64,000 nucleotides of DNA, taken from Myxococcales bacterium. GTDB taxonomy: Bacteria; Myxococcota_A; Polyangia; Polyangiales; Polyangiaceae. The stretch lies in contig JAYTOU010000046.1 in the NCBI GenBank assembly GCA_043747615.1, positions 32,001-96,000 of the forward strand. Reading direction: 5' to 3'. Shown here piece by piece: positions 62,549 to 64,000 of the stretch. Below the pieces are notes generated by a model. It saw only the letters and a list, made by a program, of their open reading frames with translations. It was not told where the DNA came from and ran no database searches. A program made the position numbers and the translations under genes. How positions within the stretch are numbered: position 1 is the first letter of the stretch; every line of letters begins with the position of its first letter.

Positions 62549-63256
62549 TCAGTAGACTCCGTAACCTTTCCCGAGGATCTCCGAAAACACATTGCAGAGT
62601 GCATGGAATGCGATGCTCGCCCCTACCCCGCCGGTACGCGCGCGCAGCCACCCGAAGACGAGCGCCGGGAAGAATACGGCCAGCCGTGCCGGGTCGTGGA
62701 TCGTCGCCAGGTGCCCGAGCGCGAAGATCGCACTGGTGAGGATGATCGCCGGACCGACGTCGGCTCCGAGGAGACGCCAGCGCGCGGGAAACGCGTCACC
62801 GAGCCGCGTCTGCAGGTAGCCGCGGTAGAACGCCTCTTCTGGGAGGGCTATGATTAGGAGCTGACCGACGACTTCGCTCGCGGTGCCGGGCATGAGAGCC
62901 AACGAGAAATGTCCGTGCGGCCGCCACCATTGCCTCCACCCGAGGAAGAAGGGGACGAACGTAATGGCCCCGAGCCCCAGCGCCCAGGCGAACGCGCGTG
63001 CACCAGAGACGAACGCGCGCGTGAGATCGAGCCGTCCGGGAATGACGAGGCCGCCGAAGGTGAGCCCGAAGCGCTCCACCGTCGCGTCGTCGCCGCGCCA
63101 GACCAGCATCCACGTGGTCGCCAAAAAAATCGTACCGACGCTGAGCGCGACGTACTTGTCGGGCAGAAGGGCCGCACCAGCGGTGACCATCGCGGTCACG
63201 ACGGCCGCGACGAGCAGCGCCTCCGGCAAGGCGCTCAAACGCGGCAGAGGCTTCAG
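62549..63256 (-). CDS. CPBP glutamic intramembrane protease, myxosortase MrtC-like
   Basis: LPEEAFYRGYLQ, FALGH, RLAVFFPALVFGWLR, HALCN; start uncertain (CTG 63256 or TTG 63238). Confidence 0.85.
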   Translation of the reverse strand: MKPLPRLSALPEALLVAAVVTAMVTAGAALLPDKYVALSVGTIFLATTWMLVWRGDDATVERFGLTFGGLVIPGRLDLTRAFVSGARAFAWALGLGAITFVPFFLGWRQWWRPHGHFSLALMPGTASEVVGQLLIIALPEEAFYRGYLQTRLGDAFPARWRLLGADVGPAIILTSAIFALGHLATIHDPARLAVFFPALVFGWLRARTGGVGASIAFHALCNVFSEILGKGYGVY

Positions 63257-63999
63257 CGGCAGGCCACCCGCGCGACGTATGCTTCGGTATGCGCAGCCTC
63301 GAAGTCTTGCCAGGCGACGAGCCACTCGCCCTTGCTCCGTCCGCTCGCGATCCATGGTCGGGGCTGATCGCCAGTCACCTTGGCGACGACGCTCGAGGCG
63401 CCGACTCCATCACGCGACAGGAGCGCCGTCTTCACGCGCCCGGCTTCGAAGTAGACGAGTGCCACGGCGCCGGTGGGCCCGACACCGAGGCCGGGGTGCG
63501 TTCCTTTTTCGGCGAATCTCTTTCGCCACAGCACGCGGCCCTGCACGGGCTCGATGAGCGCGGCATACGCTCCGCCTTTTTCGCCGTGCCACGCGAGGAA
63601 GCAACCTTCGCTGCCGCACGCAATGGTGGGCGCGTCTCCGGGGGTCTTGTCTTCGTTGACGAGCTCGACGCTGCCGAGCTCGCGGTCGATGCCCTTGTTG
63701 TTCGGACCGGCAGCCGCCCGCTCCTCGAGTCCCTTCACCAGATCAGGCGAATTCAAGGCGATCCGCATGCGATCGATGAGGTGAAGCGGCTCGCGTTCGA
63801 GCTTGTAAGTGATGAACACGGCGTTGCTCGCGACGGCAATGCTCGGGACGCGCACGTTGACCACGCGGCCACCGATCGACGCGTAGTCCGTCGCACGTAG
63901 CTCGGCCCCGACGGGCTCGAGCTCGGCGTTGAGCTTTCGCAGGAAGAGGTCGTCGCCTTCGCGATCGCGATCGTCTTGCCAGGCGACGAAGAAGCCATC
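63253..63999 (-). CDS. C-terminal part of an extracytoplasmic beta-repeat protein (truncated by the window edge)
   Basis: Frame is open to the edge; repeated FFVAWQD, FLAWH and WLVAWQD blades. Confidence 0.7.
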   Translation of the reverse strand, partial: DGFFVAWQDDRDREGDDLFLRKLNAELEPVGAELRATDYASIGGRVVNVRVPSIAVASNAVFITYKLEREPLHLIDRMRIALNSPDLVKGLEERAAAGPNNKGIDRELGSVELVNEDKTPGDAPTIACGSEGCFLAWHGEKGGAYAALIEPVQGRVLWRKRFAEKGTHPGLGVGPTGAVALVYFEAGRVKTALLSRDGVGASSVVAKVTGDQPRPWIASGRSKGEWLVAWQDFEAAHTEAYVARVACR

Positions 64000-64000
64000 G

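Overview
This is a densely coding, high-GC bacterial chromosome segment of about 50 CDS. It is most likely from a myxobacterium (Myxococcota, Polyangiaceae/Labilithrix-like). That assignment is inferred from a TIGR02266-type PilZ protein, Pkn Ser/Thr kinases paired with TPR/PEGA proteins, an IgGFc-binding lipoprotein, an MrtC-like myxosortase and an N-extended RpoH-box sigma factor. Housekeeping genes (lysA, pyk, nadA, nadC, alr, rsmI, dnaJ, proS, birA, a Rep/UvrD helicase, a cystathionine gamma-synthase-family enzyme) are interleaved with transporters (RND pair, ABC exporter pair, MlaE, VIT1, Npt-like) and many uncharacterised envelope proteins. I found no rRNA, tRNA, CRISPR array, IS element or prophage. 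The best candidates for undescribed systems are: (1) two kinase + TPR/PEGA (+ lipoprotein) cassettes whose partners share a Gly-rich double-helix/terminal-Phe tail; (2) an Npt-transporter-HEAT protein coupled to a degenerate tandem cNMP-binding protein; (3) a NusG-KOW fusion / zinc-ribbon / sigma32 regulatory island; (4) an orphan FliI/SctN ATPase behind dnaJ; (5) a window-wide leaderless-promoter signature. All calls come from motif recognition by eye; no searches were run.
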